A stretch of 64,000 bases of DNA from Clostridia bacterium (GTDB lineage: Bacteria > Bacillota > Clostridia > UBA1212 > UBA1255). The position numbers and the translations under genes are program-made. Below the pieces are notes generated by a model. It did not search any database. It worked only from the letters and a program-made list of their open reading frames with translations, and had not been told where the DNA came from. The stretch's first letter is position 1. Every line of letters starts with the position of its first letter. Where the stretch lies: assembly GCA_016287565.1 (NCBI GenBank), contig JAEFAM010000005.1, forward strand, positions 11,229 through 75,228. Direction: 5' to 3'. Shown piece after piece: positions 10,374-22,068 of this stretch.

Positions 10374-10421
10374 ATTATACCACTGGAAAAGCTTGCCCGC
10401 CGTATATTTCCCGGGAAATAT
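10374..10421 (-). promoter_or_regulatory. Extended -10 promoter (TGGTATAAT) for the comEC run, with an upstream perfect 18-bp palindrome
   Basis: TATAAT at 10374-10379 (minus strand) preceded by TG; no consensus -35; ATATTTCCCGGGAAATAT at 10404-10421. Confidence 0.55.
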
Positions 10422-10430
10422 GAGACTGCC

Positions 10431-11261
10431 TCATCCCCCGGCTTTTTCTATCTCGCCAAACAGCTTTTCTATCTTTGAAAATCTGTGGGCCACGCCGGCC
10501 TTGCTCAGGGGCGGAGAACAGAGCTCCCCTATCTCCGTAAGAGACAGTTCAGGATTTTCCTCCCTCAGTTTGGCTATCTCACGGACTCCCTCGGGAAGTT
10601 CCTCCAGCCGCCCCGCCTCCGCGATCCTGCGGATCATGCCTATCTGCTTCGCCCCGGCGGAAAGCGCCTTGTTGATGTTGGCATCGTCGCAGTTCAGCAC
10701 ACGGTTGCTGTTCCTTCTGCCTTCCCTCATTATCCTCACGTTCTCGTATTCCAGCACTCCTTTTATGGCTCCTATCGTCACGAGGAACGCGGATATCTGG
10801 CCGGAATCTTTCAGATACAGAAGATAGCGGCTGCCTTTAATGGTGCCCTTGGGAACGATGTCGCACAGCTCGAAGGCGGCGATGCCCAGTTCGTAGGAAG
10901 TGAGATTCTTAAAAGTGATCTCGATATGTGCAGGGCTGTCAGGATCGTTGACGTATCCTCCCGCCAGGAAGCAGCCCCTCAGAAAGGCGGCGGCGCTGTT
11001 CCTGTCGGTCAATGAAAATGAGCCGCTCCAGCGAAGGTCCACGCCGTACACCGGCCTGGCGCCCTCCCTGTAGAATGTCCTGGCGGCAACGCCTCCCGAG
11101 CGTACGCAGAGCTTCTCGGCCCGCTCCCCCACGCATTTATTGTGGGTCCGGAGCCTGCCGTCGGTCATAACGTATATGCCGTAGAACTCGGCGACCTTGT
11201 CGGATCTCCGCTTGCTCTCGTGGCGCGACAACTGTTCTTTTACGTCGGAAGTGAATGACAT
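10431..11261 (-). CDS. whiA: DNA-binding protein WhiA
   Basis: MSFTSDVKEQL start, FLRGCFLAGGYVNDP, NRVLNCDDAN, ELSLTEIG..PPLSKAGVAHR HTH. Confidence 0.93.
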   Translation of the reverse strand: MSFTSDVKEQLSRHESKRRSDKVAEFYGIYVMTDGRLRTHNKCVGERAEKLCVRSGGVAARTFYREGARPVYGVDLRWSGSFSLTDRNSAAAFLRGCFLAGGYVNDPDSPAHIEITFKNLTSYELGIAAFELCDIVPKGTIKGSRYLLYLKDSGQISAFLVTIGAIKGVLEYENVRIMREGRRNSNRVLNCDDANINKALSAGAKQIGMIRRIAEAGRLEELPEGVREIAKLREENPELSLTEIGELCSPPLSKAGVAHRFSKIEKLFGEIEKAGG

Positions 11262-11279
11262 GCAGCACCCGGCCTTTTC

Positions 11280-13370
11280 TTAAACGCTGCCGTCCAGCAG
11301 GAACAGCAGATGGAGCGCCCTGGTACACGCGGTATACAGGGCAAGTTTGCCTTCTTCGGAGCAGAAATACGGATTGTCCGCGCCGAACACCGCCACGGCG
11401 TCGAACTCCAGGCCTTTTGCCAGATAGACGGGAAGGAAATATCTGCGAAGCGTGCCGGGAGCGTTGCCCGTAAAACCGGAAACGCGCCTGAGCATATCCG
11501 CCTGGGCCCTGGTCATCGTGATGAAAGCCACGCTTTCCATGCCTTCCGAGGCGGCCTGTTCGCACACGCCGTCCACGAGCGCTTTAAGTTCCGCTTCACC
11601 GGCGTTTTCGGGGATCCTTATATGTTCCGGCTCTTTTCCCTCACGCACGGATCTGATCATGCCAGGCTCCCGGCCCAGCACTTTTGCGGAATAGTCCACG
11701 ATCTGCGTAGTGGATCTGTAGTTCGTATCCAGCACGTACCTTTTAAAGGGCCTTCTGGGTATTATGGACCTGATCCTGGCGGCGAAATCTCCCGTGTTTC
11801 CGAACACGGCCTGGTCGCTGTCTCCCACGAAAAGCATGTTAGTGCCCGGGAAGCGCTTCCTCAGCAGTTCCAGGAATATGCAGCTCAGGTCCTGGGCCTC
11901 GTCGCAGATGAGGTAGAACACCCCTTTAAGTTCCGGATCCGCGGCAACGATATGTATGAGCGCCACCGCGCACGCGTCTTCGAACATGTCCCTGAAGAAC
12001 GTGAGCGGCGTCAGGTCAATGCCGCATTCCCGCCCGAATGCCTCGTCGGTGTACATGCGCCTGTAGAGTTCAGGAGCGCTGAGCCCCAGCATCATGGAAT
12101 CCAGCGTGTTGAGGACGTGCTCTTTATTGGCCTCTTTCTGGATACTGTAGCGGCGGCAGAGCTCGTCACGGATCCTGACGTTCCGCTTGAACAGAGGCTC
12201 GTCCGCAAACACGGAATAGAACATGTCCGACAGCACCGCAGCGCCTACCCTGCCTTCCCGCTCCTCCGTAAGTTCTATGTCTTCAGGCACGAAGATATGC
12301 GCCTTAAGATATTCGATATAAGAGGTCACCAGTTTGCTGAAAGTCTCCGAGGACTTCAGCCTGCGGCAGATGGACATGGCCTCGGCAACGGAATTGTTCT
12401 CCGCGGAAGATTCCAGCCCGAATTCTCCGGCGGTCTCCGCCTCGTCCAGGCGGCTCATGAAATCCACTTCGCCTATGTCGTCAAGTATCTCTTTTAAGAG
12501 GTCCTCCTGGAGATAGGGGCGGATGTTGTCCTCGCCCAGGTCCGGCAGCACGGTGGAGATATATTCGGAGAAGTAGTCGTTGGGAGAGATTATTGCCAGT
12601 TCCTCGTCCTTCATCCTGTTTCTGAAACCGTAAAGGATGTAGGCGGCCTTGTGAAGGGCCACGGAAGTCTTGCCGCTGCCCGCGCAGCCGGATATGACGG
12701 TGACTCCTTCTATGTGGTCCCGGACGATCTTGTGCTGCTCTTTCTGGAGAGACTCCACGATTATGCGCATATGTTCCCCGGCGTTTCTGGAAAGGGCTTC
12801 GGACAATATCTCGTCATCCGAGGGCATGCTTATCCTGCTGACTCTTACCAGCTTCCCCTTCTCGAACCTGTACCTCCGCTTTTCTTTGAGGTCAACGTTC
12901 TGCTTCCCCGCGGGAGTTTCGAAGGAGGCCTTTCCGGGCTCGCTCTCGTAATAAAGGGAGCACACCGGCGCCCGCCAGTCGAAGGTGATTATCTCGTCGG
13001 TCTCCGGATCTCTCAAAGTCTCCAGAGAGATGTACACCCGGTTGTTTTCTCCGGGCTCGTCGTCGTATTCGTAATCGAATCCCGCGAAATAAGGCTCCTG
13101 CTGCTGCCTTCTGAGCTTTTTCAGATGGGTCATGCTGCCCAGGTAGTCCCTGGTGTCCAGCGCCTCGTTGCTGAGAAGGTCCAGCTTCTCGTCGTCCTTC
13201 AGCTCCGAAAAATAGTCGCTGAAATACTTGCGCTGCTCCAGGATCTGGCTCCTCCTCTTGCCGGAAGCGGCGATCTCCGCCCCGATGCAGGCGTCGATGG
13301 CCTTCCTGGTCCTTTCCGCGTATTCAAGTTCTCCGGGATCCGTGCCACGGAAATCGTCTTTATAATTCAT
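11280..13370 (-). CDS. helD: HelD-like RNA polymerase recycling ATPase (SF1 helicase-like)
   Basis: EPYFA, DWRAPVCSLYY, IVESLQKEQ, GCAGSGKT..ALHKAAY, VLPDLGE, DEAQD, GDSDQ, NYRST, AKGLEFD, YTACTRA. Confidence 0.88.
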   Translation of the reverse strand: MNYKDDFRGTDPGELEYAERTRKAIDACIGAEIAASGKRRSQILEQRKYFSDYFSELKDDEKLDLLSNEALDTRDYLGSMTHLKKLRRQQQEPYFAGFDYEYDDEPGENNRVYISLETLRDPETDEIITFDWRAPVCSLYYESEPGKASFETPAGKQNVDLKEKRRYRFEKGKLVRVSRISMPSDDEILSEALSRNAGEHMRIIVESLQKEQHKIVRDHIEGVTVISGCAGSGKTSVALHKAAYILYGFRNRMKDEELAIISPNDYFSEYISTVLPDLGEDNIRPYLQEDLLKEILDDIGEVDFMSRLDEAETAGEFGLESSAENNSVAEAMSICRRLKSSETFSKLVTSYIEYLKAHIFVPEDIELTEEREGRVGAAVLSDMFYSVFADEPLFKRNVRIRDELCRRYSIQKEANKEHVLNTLDSMMLGLSAPELYRRMYTDEAFGRECGIDLTPLTFFRDMFEDACAVALIHIVAADPELKGVFYLICDEAQDLSCIFLELLRKRFPGTNMLFVGDSDQAVFGNTGDFAARIRSIIPRRPFKRYVLDTNYRSTTQIVDYSAKVLGREPGMIRSVREGKEPEHIRIPENAGEAELKALVDGVCEQAASEGMESVAFITMTRAQADMLRRVSGFTGNAPGTLRRYFLPVYLAKGLEFDAVAVFGADNPYFCSEEGKLALYTACTRALHLLFLLDGSV

Positions 13371-13466
13371 TTAGGTCTCCTGTCCGGATATGCCGTAAAT
13401 AAGCCGTAAAAAAGTATCTTGCCGCCGCGTTTTTCAGCGTCGCGCTTCACGCCGCACTTGCCGTCC

Positions 13467-15899
13467 TCAGGCTTTGGCCAGCCTGATCTCGCCGTTCTCG
13501 AGGAAGATCCTCACCGTGTCGCCGGAATTGACGTCGCCCCTGAGGTACAGTTCGGCCAGTTCGTCTTCGATGTGCCTCTGGATGTAGCGGCGCATGGGCC
13601 TTGCCCCGTACTTCTCGTCGAAACCTTCTTTGGCAAGTTTTTCGTAAACGCCCTCTTCCACGGACAGTTTCACGCCGTTGTCCAGGCTCTCCGCGGCGAT
13701 CTCCGACACCATAAGTTCGGCGATCCCGGCCATGCTCTTCGGGTCAAGGCTGTCGAACACCACGATCTCGTCGACACGGTTCAGGAATTCGGGCCTGAAT
13801 ATGTTCTTCAGCGCCTCCCTTGACGCGTCCGCCGCCGACGCCTTCTCGTCCGCCGAAAAGCCGATGCTCTTGGACTTGAGGGAATTGCCCGCGTTGGAGG
13901 TCATTATGATGATGGTGTTGGAGAAATCCACCACCCTGCCCTGGCTGTCGGTAAGGCGGCCGTCGTCAAGTATCTGGAGCAGCATATTGAACACGTCCGG
14001 ATGGGCTTTTTCGATCTCGTCCAGCAATATGACGGAATAGGGCCTTCTCCTGATCTTTTCGGTGAGCTGTCCCGCTTCGTCGAAGCCCACGTATCCCGGA
14101 GGGGAACCGATGAGTTTGGAAACGGTATGCTTTTCCATATATTCGGACATATCCAGCCGCACCAGCGCCTCCTGGGTTCCGAACAGCTCTATGGCCAGCT
14201 GTCGCACCAGCTCCGTCTTTCCTACGCCCGTAGGTCCCACGAGGATAAAAGATGCGGGTTTGGTGTGCTTCCTGAATCCGGAGCGGTTCCTGCGTATGGC
14301 CCTTGCCACGGCCTCCACGGCCTTGTCCTGGCCGATGATGTGAAGCTTCAGGCGGCTGTCCAGTTCCATGAGGCGCTTGGCCTCGTCCTCGGAGACCGTG
14401 TGCACAGGGATGCCGGTCCAGGTCTCTATGACGCCCGTGATATCGTCGAAGGTAACGTTGTTGAACTCGTTCTTTTTCAGCTCTTCGAACTGCTTCTCCA
14501 GAAGCGCCGCCTTGTTTTTGTTCTCGGCAACCGTCTTGAACTTTTCGAGCTGCTCCTCTTCGGTCCTGCACTCTTTGCCCTCCAGCGCTTCCGTTTCCGC
14601 GTTCAGGGCGTCGAGCTCTTTTTTCAGCGCGTCAAGCTTTCCCGGCACCTCGTTGCGCAGATTCGCCCGGGAAGCGGCCTCGTCCAGCACGTCAATGGCC
14701 TTGTCCGGCAAAAACCTGTCCGTGATGTACCGCTCGGACAATTTCACCGCTTCTTCTATGAGGGCGTCGCTGACCCTGGTCTTGTGGAATTCCTCGTAAT
14801 GCTCCTTGACGCCTTTCAGGATGTCGATGGTCTCGGCAACGGAAGGTTCGTTGACCATGACGGGCTGGAAGCGGCGCTCCAGGGCGCTGTCCTTCTCGAT
14901 ATATTTCCTGTACTCTTTAAGGGTCGTGGCGCCGATGACCTGTATCTCGCCTCTGGAAAGGGCGGGTTTCAGTATGTTGGCGGCATTCATCGACCCCTCG
15001 GCCTCTCCGGCGCCCATGATGTTGTGGATCTCGTCGATCACGAGGATAACGTTGCCCGCGGCCTTGACCTCGTCCAGCAGGCCTTTCATCCTGCCTTCGA
15101 ACTGGCCCCTGAACTGGGTACCGGCCACCATGGCCGTGAGATCCAGCAGGTAGATGCGCTTGTCCAGAAGCTTTTCAGGCACCTGTTTCCTGGCGATCCT
15201 GAGGGCAAGCCCTTCCGCGATGGCGGTCTTTCCCACGCCTGCCTCGCCTACCAGCACCGGGTTGTTTTTGGAGCGGCGGTTGATTATCTGTATCACCCGT
15301 TCGGTCTCCCGGTTGCGGCCTACTATATTGTCTATCTTTCCTTCTTCCGCCCGGGCGGTGAGGTCGCTGCCGTACATGGAAAGGAACTTGAACTTCTGGG
15401 GCTTCCTGTCGCCTTTTTCTCCCCTGGCGCCTTTGCCGGTCTTTTCCTGGGACTGCCCGGCCCTGTCTCCGCGGCCTTCTCCGGACGGTCCTTCCTGATC
15501 GGAGTTGCCCTGGCCGGCGTTCATATTGTTGGCGATATTGCCCAGCCCTGCGCCGAATTTCTTCAGCAGCTCGAAAAAGTTGGGAGCGCCGGTAGACGAG
15601 GGGATGGCGCCGTTTTCCGTATTCTCGGCGGCCTCGCCCTTGTCCTCGCCTTCTCCGTTTCCGGAGGCGATGGCGTCGTCCATCTGTTCGGTGAGGCTGT
15701 TCATCTCGTCTGCCATGGCTTCCAGCTCGTCGTCAGGTATGTTCAGGTTCTTAAGGAACTGATTTACCTGGGGAAGGTTCAGTTTTTTGGCGCAGACGAT
15801 GCAGAGGCCCTTGTTCACCTGGTTCCCCGCCTGATCTATCTGTGTCACAAATACGGTGGCGATCCTTTTTCCGCACATGGAACATATTTCTCTCTTCAT
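13467..15899 (-). CDS. ClpE/ClpC-type Clp ATPase with N-terminal Zn finger
   Basis: Likely start MKREICSMC at 15899 (ATGA overlap with the uvrA stop); CxxC..Cxx[38 protein letters not shown] loop. Confidence 0.9.
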   Translation of the reverse strand: MKREICSMCGKRIATVFVTQIDQAGNQVNKGLCIVCAKKLNLPQVNQFLKNLNIPDDELEAMADEMNSLTEQMDDAIASGNGEGEDKGEAAENTENGAIPSSTGAPNFFELLKKFGAGLGNIANNMNAGQGNSDQEGPSGEGRGDRAGQSQEKTGKGARGEKGDRKPQKFKFLSMYGSDLTARAEEGKIDNIVGRNRETERVIQIINRRSKNNPVLVGEAGVGKTAIAEGLALRIARKQVPEKLLDKRIYLLDLTAMVAGTQFRGQFEGRMKGLLDEVKAAGNVILVIDEIHNIMGAGEAEGSMNAANILKPALSRGEIQVIGATTLKEYRKYIEKDSALERRFQPVMVNEPSVAETIDILKGVKEHYEEFHKTRVSDALIEEAVKLSERYITDRFLPDKAIDVLDEAASRANLRNEVPGKLDALKKELDALNAETEALEGKECRTEEEQLEKFKTVAENKNKAALLEKQFEELKKNEFNNVTFDDITGVIETWTGIPVHTVSEDEAKRLMELDSRLKLHIIGQDKAVEAVARAIRRNRSGFRKHTKPASFILVGPTGVGKTELVRQLAIELFGTQEALVRLDMSEYMEKHTVSKLIGSPPGYVGFDEAGQLTEKIRRRPYSVILLDEIEKAHPDVFNMLLQILDDGRLTDSQGRVVDFSNTIIIMTSNAGNSLKSKSIGFSADEKASAADASREALKNIFRPEFLNRVDEIVVFDSLDPKSMAGIAELMVSEIAAESLDNGVKLSVEEGVYEKLAKEGFDEKYGARPMRRYIQRHIEDELAELYLRGDVNSGDTVRIFLENGEIRLAKA

Positions 15900-18862
15900 T
15901 TTGCTTTTTTCTCCTTCTCGCTGCCCTTGGAGGCCTTCCTTCCGGAGGCCTTCTCTCTGTCTCTCTCGAAAATCATCTTCAGGAACTCTCCGGTGTACGA
16001 TCCCGGCGTCCGGGCCACTTCTTCGGGAGTGCCCGTTGCCACCACCGTGCCTCCGGCGTCGCCGCCTTCGGGTCCCAGGTCTATAATGTGATCGGCGCAT
16101 TTTATCACGTCGAGGTTGTGCTCTATGACCACCACGGTGTTGCCCGCGTTGACCAGCCGGTCAAGTATCTCTATAAGCTTCTTTACGTCGTGGGTGTGAA
16201 GGCCGGTGGTGGGTTCGTCGAGTATGTAAAGCGTGTTGCCCGTTCCTATCCGGGACAATTCGGAAGCCAGCTTCACACGCTGCGCTTCTCCGCCGGACAA
16301 CGTAGTCGACGACTGCCCCAGTTTCATATATCCCAGCCCCACGTCCACCAGGGTGTCTATCTTCCGCCTTATCTGGGGGATCTCTTCGAAGAACCCGGAG
16401 GCCTCGTCGATGGTCATATCCAGCACGTCGGATATGTTTTTACCCCGGTAGCGTATCTCCAGCGTCTCCCGGTTGTAGCGCTTCCCTTTGCACACTTCGC
16501 AGGGCACGTAGACGTCCGGCAGGAAGTGCATCTCTATCTTCTTTATGCCGTCGCCGGAGCAGGCCTCGCAGCGGCCTCCCTTTGCGTTGAAGCTAAACCT
16601 GCCGCTCTTGTAGCCTCTTGCCCGGCTTTCGGGCAGCATGGCGAACAGGTCCCTTATCTGGGTGAACACGCCCACGTAGGTGGCGGGGTTGGACCTGGGG
16701 GTGCGGCCGATGGGAGACTGGTCGATGCATATGCATTTGTCGATATTCTCCCTGCCCTCGGAAGCGGTGTATTTTCTGCCCAGGGGGTCCTCGTCGGTAA
16801 ACATCATGGAAAGGACTTCGTTTACGAAGGAGCTTTTTCCGGAGCCGGACACGCCGGTGACGCACACGAACTTGCCAAGAGGCACGGTGACGGTGATGTT
16901 TTTGAGATTGTTGACCCGAAGGCCGCTGACGGTGAGCTTTTTGCCGTTGCCCTCCCGCCTGGCCGTGGGGACCGGTATGCGCATCCTGCCGGACAGATAC
17001 TGGCCGGTGATCGATTCGGGGCAATCCATTATCTCCTCGGGCGTTCCCACGGCAACGATCTTTCCGCCGTGCACTCCCGCCAGCGGTCCCACGTCAACTA
17101 TGCAGTCGGCGCTCATCATGGTCTCTTCGTCGTGCTCCACCACTATTAGCGTGTTCCCCAGGTCCCGGAGCTTCTTAAGCGTGGCCAGCAGTTTCTGGTT
17201 GTCCCGCTGATGGAGGCCTATGCTGGGCTCGTCGAGTATGTACAGCACGCCCATAAGTCCGGCGCCTATCTGTGTGGCCAGGCGGATGCGCTGGGATTCG
17301 CCGCCGGAAAGGGTCCCGGAGGAACGTGCCAGCGTCAGATAGTCCAGCCCTACGTTGACAAGGAAGCTCAGCCTGCCTCTTATTTCTTTCAGCAGATCCT
17401 GGGCGATGATCTCTTTTTCTCCCTGAAGTACCAGCCCCTCTACGAAAGCCAGGGCGTCCCTCACGGACTTTTCAGTGAATTCCGATATGTTGACGCCGCC
17501 TACAGTGAAGCACAGGGATTCCCGGCTGAGCCGCTTTCCGCGGCAGTCGGGGCAGACGTTTTCGGACATATAGTACTCTATGGGGTACATCTCGAAATTG
17601 CCCTGGAGCTTGTTGGCGTAATGCTTTTTAAGCACGTTCAATATGCCGGGGTAAGGCTGGCGCAGCACCTTGTAGCCGTTGTTGAAAGGCACGTTCTTGT
17701 CGCCGCTGCCGGACGCCACCACGGAAGCGATCTCCCGGGGCAGCTCGCCTACGGGTGCGTTGACGTCGAATTTGTACGTCTTCCCCAGAGATTCGATTAT
17801 CGCCAGCTTCTCGGTAAGATTGTTGTCCAGCAGCATGGCCATCAGCACGTCGTAGGTGGAGCGGTGGGATATCTTGGCTATGAAGTCTTCTTCTATGAAC
17901 TGGACTATCCTGCCTATGCCGGAACATGTGGGGCAGGCGCCGGCGGGGCTGTTGAATGAGAACATCCTCGGGGAGACTTCGGGCAGGCTGAAGCCGCATT
18001 CCGGGCAGGCGAAATTCTGGCTGAACAGTGCTTCCACCGTTGCCTTTGCGTCGCCTTTTTCTATGATCTCGTCGATCCTGGCGTCCGAACCCGGCAGCGC
18101 CTCCCTGACCTTTTCGAAATCGTTCACGGCCATTCCCGCGCCCAGCGACACGGACACCACCGCGAGCCCCGCGGCCAGCCGGAGCACAGTCTCCAGTGAC
18201 TCCGCCACCCTTCTCTGAAGTTCGGGACGCATGACGAGACGGTCAACGATGACATCTATGTCGTGATTTTTGTATTTCTCCAGCGTGATCTCCTCGTCCA
18301 GAGAGTACATCTCTCCGTCAACTCTCACTCTGGCGTATCCGTTTTTGCGAAGCGACTCGAAAAGCCTGGCGTACTCGCCTTTCCTCCCCCGGACGACAGG
18401 CGCCAGCAGCTGGACCCGCATCCCTTCCGGCAGCTTCATCACCGCATCGGTCATCTGATCCACCGTAGTGGCCCTGATCTCCCGGCCGCATTCGGGGCAG
18501 TGCGGCACTCCGACCCTGGCGTACAGCAGCCTCAGATAGTCGTATATTTCCGTAACCGTGCCCACCGTGGACCGGGGGTTCCTGGAAGTGGATTTCTGGT
18601 CAATGGAAATGGCGGGAGAAAGGCCTTCTATCCCGTCCACGTCCGGCTTTTCCATCTGCCCTATGAACATTCTGGCGTAGGAAGACAGAGACTGCATGTA
18701 CCGCCTCTGGCCCTCCGCGTATATGGTATCGAAAGCCAGGGAAGACTTGCCCGAGCCGGACAATCCGGTAAATACCGTGAGCTTGTCCCGCGGTATCTTT
18801 ACGTCGATATTTTGAAGGTTGTTCTCCCTCGCGCCTTTGATCTCGATATATTCCTGTTTCAT
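15896..18862 (-). CDS. uvrA: Excinuclease ABC subunit A
   Basis: [22 protein letters not shown], two LSGGE ABC signatures, Zn fingers, [10 protein letters not shown]. Confidence 0.99.
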   Translation of the reverse strand: MKQEYIEIKGARENNLQNIDVKIPRDKLTVFTGLSGSGKSSLAFDTIYAEGQRRYMQSLSSYARMFIGQMEKPDVDGIEGLSPAISIDQKSTSRNPRSTVGTVTEIYDYLRLLYARVGVPHCPECGREIRATTVDQMTDAVMKLPEGMRVQLLAPVVRGRKGEYARLFESLRKNGYARVRVDGEMYSLDEEITLEKYKNHDIDVIVDRLVMRPELQRRVAESLETVLRLAAGLAVVSVSLGAGMAVNDFEKVREALPGSDARIDEIIEKGDAKATVEALFSQNFACPECGFSLPEVSPRMFSFNSPAGACPTCSGIGRIVQFIEEDFIAKISHRSTYDVLMAMLLDNNLTEKLAIIESLGKTYKFDVNAPVGELPREIASVVASGSGDKNVPFNNGYKVLRQPYPGILNVLKKHYANKLQGNFEMYPIEYYMSENVCPDCRGKRLSRESLCFTVGGVNISEFTEKSVRDALAFVEGLVLQGEKEIIAQDLLKEIRGRLSFLVNVGLDYLTLARSSGTLSGGESQRIRLATQIGAGLMGVLYILDEPSIGLHQRDNQKLLATLKKLRDLGNTLIVVEHDEETMMSADCIVDVGPLAGVHGGKIVAVGTPEEIMDCPESITGQYLSGRMRIPVPTARREGNGKKLTVSGLRVNNLKNITVTVPLGKFVCVTGVSGSGKSSFVNEVLSMMFTDEDPLGRKYTASEGRENIDKCICIDQSPIGRTPRSNPATYVGVFTQIRDLFAMLPESRARGYKSGRFSFNAKGGRCEACSGDGIKKIEMHFLPDVYVPCEVCKGKRYNRETLEIRYRGKNISDVLDMTIDEASGFFEEIPQIRRKIDTLVDVGLGYMKLGQSSTTLSGGEAQRVKLASELSRIGTGNTLYILDEPTTGLHTHDVKKLIEILDRLVNAGNTVVVIEHNLDVIKCADHIIDLGPEGGDAGGTVVATGTPEEVARTPGSYTGEFLKMIFERDREKASGRKASKGSEKEKKAK

Positions 18863-18939
18863 CTTATGCCTTCAAAAAACTTCAATGATCTTCGCCTTTA
18901 ACTGCAGCCCTTTGCCTGCAGTTCTTTGCCTGCCGCCCT

Positions 18940-21039
18940 TTATCTGTCCCCGCTCTGCCTGAGCTTTTTGATGATGTCCCTGTATCTGGCGGCTTCTTCG
19001 AACCTGAGCTCTCCGGCAGCCTCCGACATCCTGCCCGTGAGCAGGTCCATAAGCTCGTCTACAGAAAGTTCCAGTTCCTCGTCCGTAAGTATGAGAGCGG
19101 AATCTCCCGACAGGTCGGAGCCCGCGTGTCTGACGCCTCTCCCGGAACCCGAAGTCCTGCCTCTGCCCTTGTCCGGTCTCTCCGGGAGCAGCAGCTTCCT
19201 GAGCGCGTCCCTGCCGTCTTCTCCCGCTATGGCGCCGGTGGATATGACTTCCCGTACGCTCTTTCGCACGGACCTGGGCACGATGCCGTGCTTTTCGTTG
19301 AAAGCCAGCTGTATCGCCCTGCGCCTGCTGGTCTCGGTGATCGCCGAGCGCATTGCCTCCGTCACCGTATCGGCGTACATTATGACCTTGCCGTTCACGT
19401 TTCTGGCCGCTCTGCCTATGGTCTGGATCAGAGAGACCTCGCTGCGGAGGAAACCGACCTTGTCCGCATCCAGTATGCACACTCTGGACACTTCCGGCAG
19501 GTCGAGCCCCTCTCTTAAAAGGTTTATGCCTACCAGCACGTCGAACACGCCCAGCCTGAGGTCCCGTATCAGCGCCATCCGGTCAATGGTCTTCACGTCC
19601 GAGTGCATATATTCCACTTTTATCCCTATGCCCGCCAGATGGGCCGTGAGCTTCTCGGCCATCTTCTTGGTCAACGTAGTGACCAGCACCCTCTCGTGGC
19701 GGGAGACGGCTCCGTTGATCTCTCCGATCAGGTCGTCTATCTGCCCTTCCACCGGCCTCACTTCGATCTCCGGGTCAACAAGCCCCGTGGGCCTGATGAT
19801 CTGCTCCACCACGTTCACGGAGCGGGACCTTTCGAATTCGGAAGGCGTGGCGCTGACGAACACCACCTGGTTCAGCTTGTCCTCGAACTCCCCGAATTTT
19901 AGGGGCCTGTTGTCGAAGGCGGAAGGCAGCCTGAAGCCGTATTCCACCAGCGAGACTTTTCTGGCGTGGTCCCCGTTGTACATTGCCCTGACCTGAGGGA
20001 TCGTGGCGTGGGACTCGTCGATAAACAGTATAAAGTCTTCCGGGAAGTAGTCCAGCAGCGTGTACGGAGGGCTCCCGGGCGCCCTGCCGCTTATGTGGCG
20101 GGAATAGTTTTCTATTCCGTTGCAGAACTTGGTCTCTTTCAGCAGCTCCATATCGTACCTGGTGCGCTGCTCCAGCCTGTACGCCTCCACGATCTTGTTC
20201 TGGGCCTTCAGTTCCGCCAGCCTTTCTTCCAGCTCTTCGCCTATGGTGACGATGGCGTGTTCAAGCTTGGCGTCGGTGGTGGCGTAGTGGGAGGCGGGAA
20301 AGATGGCCGCGTGGTTCAGCACTCTCCTGAGGCTGAAGTTCATAGGGTCGCATTCGCATATGCGCTCTATCTCGTCTCCGAAAAATTCTATCTTAAGTAT
20401 TGCGTCGTCCCGGTCCGAAGGCCTGACGGACAGGGTGTCGCCGGAGACCCTGAACGAGTTCCTGGCGGAGAAATCTCCTCTGTCGAAAACGTAATTCATG
20501 GACGCCAGCCTTTTGGCCAGTTCCCCTATCTCCATCTCCATGCCGGGACGCAGGGACAGCATCAGGTCCGTGTAGTCCTCCGGATCGCCCAGTCCGTAAA
20601 TGCATGAAACGCTGGCAACGATGATCACGTCGCGCCTTTCAAGGAGCGCCGCCGTAGCGGAGTGGCGGAGACGGTCGATCTCGTCGTTGACGCTGGAATC
20701 TTTCTCTATGTAAGTGTCGGTGGCGGCAATATACGCTTCGGGCTGGTAGTAGTCGTAATACGACACGAAGAACTCCACGGCGTTGTCCGGGAAGAACTCC
20801 CTGAATTCCGAGCACAGCTGGGCGGCAAGCGTTTTGTTGTGCGCCAGCACCAGCGTAGGGCGCTGCACTTTCTCGATGACCTTGGCCATGGTATAGGTCT
20901 TGCCGCTGCCCGTAACGCCTAAAAGGGTCTGGCAGACGTCGCCTTCTTCGATGCCTCTGGCCAGCGCCTCTATCGCCTCCGGCTGGTCGCCTTCCGGCTT
21001 GTATTCAGATACAACATGGAATAATTTCTGTTCCATCAC
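18940..21039 (-). CDS. uvrB: Excinuclease ABC subunit B
   Basis: [25 protein letters not shown] beta-hairpin, [14 protein letters not shown]-terminal [12 protein letters not shown]. Confidence 0.99.
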   Translation of the reverse strand: MMEQKLFHVVSEYKPEGDQPEAIEALARGIEEGDVCQTLLGVTGSGKTYTMAKVIEKVQRPTLVLAHNKTLAAQLCSEFREFFPDNAVEFFVSYYDYYQPEAYIAATDTYIEKDSSVNDEIDRLRHSATAALLERRDVIIVASVSCIYGLGDPEDYTDLMLSLRPGMEMEIGELAKRLASMNYVFDRGDFSARNSFRVSGDTLSVRPSDRDDAILKIEFFGDEIERICECDPMNFSLRRVLNHAAIFPASHYATTDAKLEHAIVTIGEELEERLAELKAQNKIVEAYRLEQRTRYDMELLKETKFCNGIENYSRHISGRAPGSPPYTLLDYFPEDFILFIDESHATIPQVRAMYNGDHARKVSLVEYGFRLPSAFDNRPLKFGEFEDKLNQVVFVSATPSEFERSRSVNVVEQIIRPTGLVDPEIEVRPVEGQIDDLIGEINGAVSRHERVLVTTLTKKMAEKLTAHLAGIGIKVEYMHSDVKTIDRMALIRDLRLGVFDVLVGINLLREGLDLPEVSRVCILDADKVGFLRSEVSLIQTIGRAARNVNGKVIMYADTVTEAMRSAITETSRRRAIQLAFNEKHGIVPRSVRKSVREVISTGAIAGEDGRDALRKLLLPERPDKGRGRTSGSGRGVRHAGSDLSGDSALILTDEELELSVDELMDLLTGRMSEAAGELRFEEAARYRDIIKKLRQSGDR

Positions 21040-21063
21040 GTCGTAAGGGCGCGATTTTCAGGG

Positions 21064-22068
21064 TCAACCGCGCGGGAAACCCACTTTTCCGTACACGTCC
21101 GCCAGCACGCCCCGGGCAATTTCGGAGGCTTTCTCGCTGCCGGTCTTAAGGACTTTATCCAGAAGAGCTCTGTCGGAGACCAGCGCTTCGTACCTCTCCC
21201 GTACCGGCTCCAGCGCGTCGGCAACGGCCTCGCCGACCGCCATCTTGAAGTCGCCGTACCTGGCTCCCCGGAACACGTTCTCCACTTCTTCCGAAGAGAG
21301 CTCCTTTACGGCTCCGTAAATATTCATCAGGTTGCTGACGCCGGGCTTGTGCTCCGGATCGAATCTCACTTCCGCCTCGGAGTCGGTCACCGCTTTTTTG
21401 AACTTCTTCATGATGACTTCCCTGGGCTCGGTGATGAGTATGAAATTGTTGACGTTGGTGTCGGATTTGGACATCTTCTTGTCCGGCTCCTGGAGGCTCA
21501 TTATCCTGGCGCCCTGCCTGGAAATGAAGGGCTGGGGAACTACGAAAGTGTCTCCGTAAACTTTATTGAACCTTTCGGCGATGTCCCTGGCCATCTCCAG
21601 GTGCTGCTTCTGGTCGTCTCCGATGGGCACCACGTCGGACCGGTAAAGCAGTATGTCCGCAGCCATCAGCACGGGGTACGTGAACAGCCCGGCGTTGATA
21701 TTGTCGGCGTGGCGGGAGGATTTGTCCTTGAACTGGGTCATTCTGGACAGTTCCCCGAGGTACGTGTAGCAGTTCAGGATCCAGCTGAGTTCGGCGTGCT
21801 CGTGTACCTGGGACTGGAGGTAGAGGATGCTCTTTTCCGGGTCGAGGCCCACCGCCAGATAAAGGGAGAGCAGGCTGTAGATCCTTTCGCGGAGCTGCTC
21901 CGGGTCCTGCCTCACCGTTAGCGAGTGCATATTGGCGATGCAGAACAGGCAGTCGTTGTCGTCCTGGAGCGCGGGAAAACGCCTGAGGGCGCCGAGATAA
22001 TTGCCCAGCGTCAACATACCTGTAGGCTGGATAGCGCTGTATATTCTTTTATTGCTGATCTCACTCAT
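21064..22068 (-). CDS. trpS: Tryptophanyl-tRNA synthetase
   Basis: QPTG..TLGNYLG (HIGH-like), YPVLMAADILLY, GDDQKQH, KMSKS. Confidence 0.98.
   Translation of the reverse strand: MSEISNKRIYSAIQPTGMLTLGNYLGALRRFPALQDDNDCLFCIANMHSLTVRQDPEQLRERIYSLLSLYLAVGLDPEKSILYLQSQVHEHAELSWILNCYTYLGELSRMTQFKDKSSRHADNINAGLFTYPVLMAADILLYRSDVVPIGDDQKQHLEMARDIAERFNKVYGDTFVVPQPFISRQGARIMSLQEPDKKMSKSDTNVNNFILITEPREVIMKKFKKAVTDSEAEVRFDPEHKPGVSNLMNIYGAVKELSSEEVENVFRGARYGDFKMAVGEAVADALEPVRERYEALVSDRALLDKVLKTGSEKASEIARGVLADVYGKVGFPRG

Noticed and set aside
15900-16100. Arg-rich N-terminal extension of the 877-aa Clp ORF
   Set aside because: Overlaps the uvrA 3' end in another frame; the likely start is the ATG at 15899
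18900-18923. AACTGCAG..CTGCAGTT hairpin between uvrB and uvrA
   Set aside because: No adjacent U-tract and not an SOS box; at most an mRNA-stabilising hairpin
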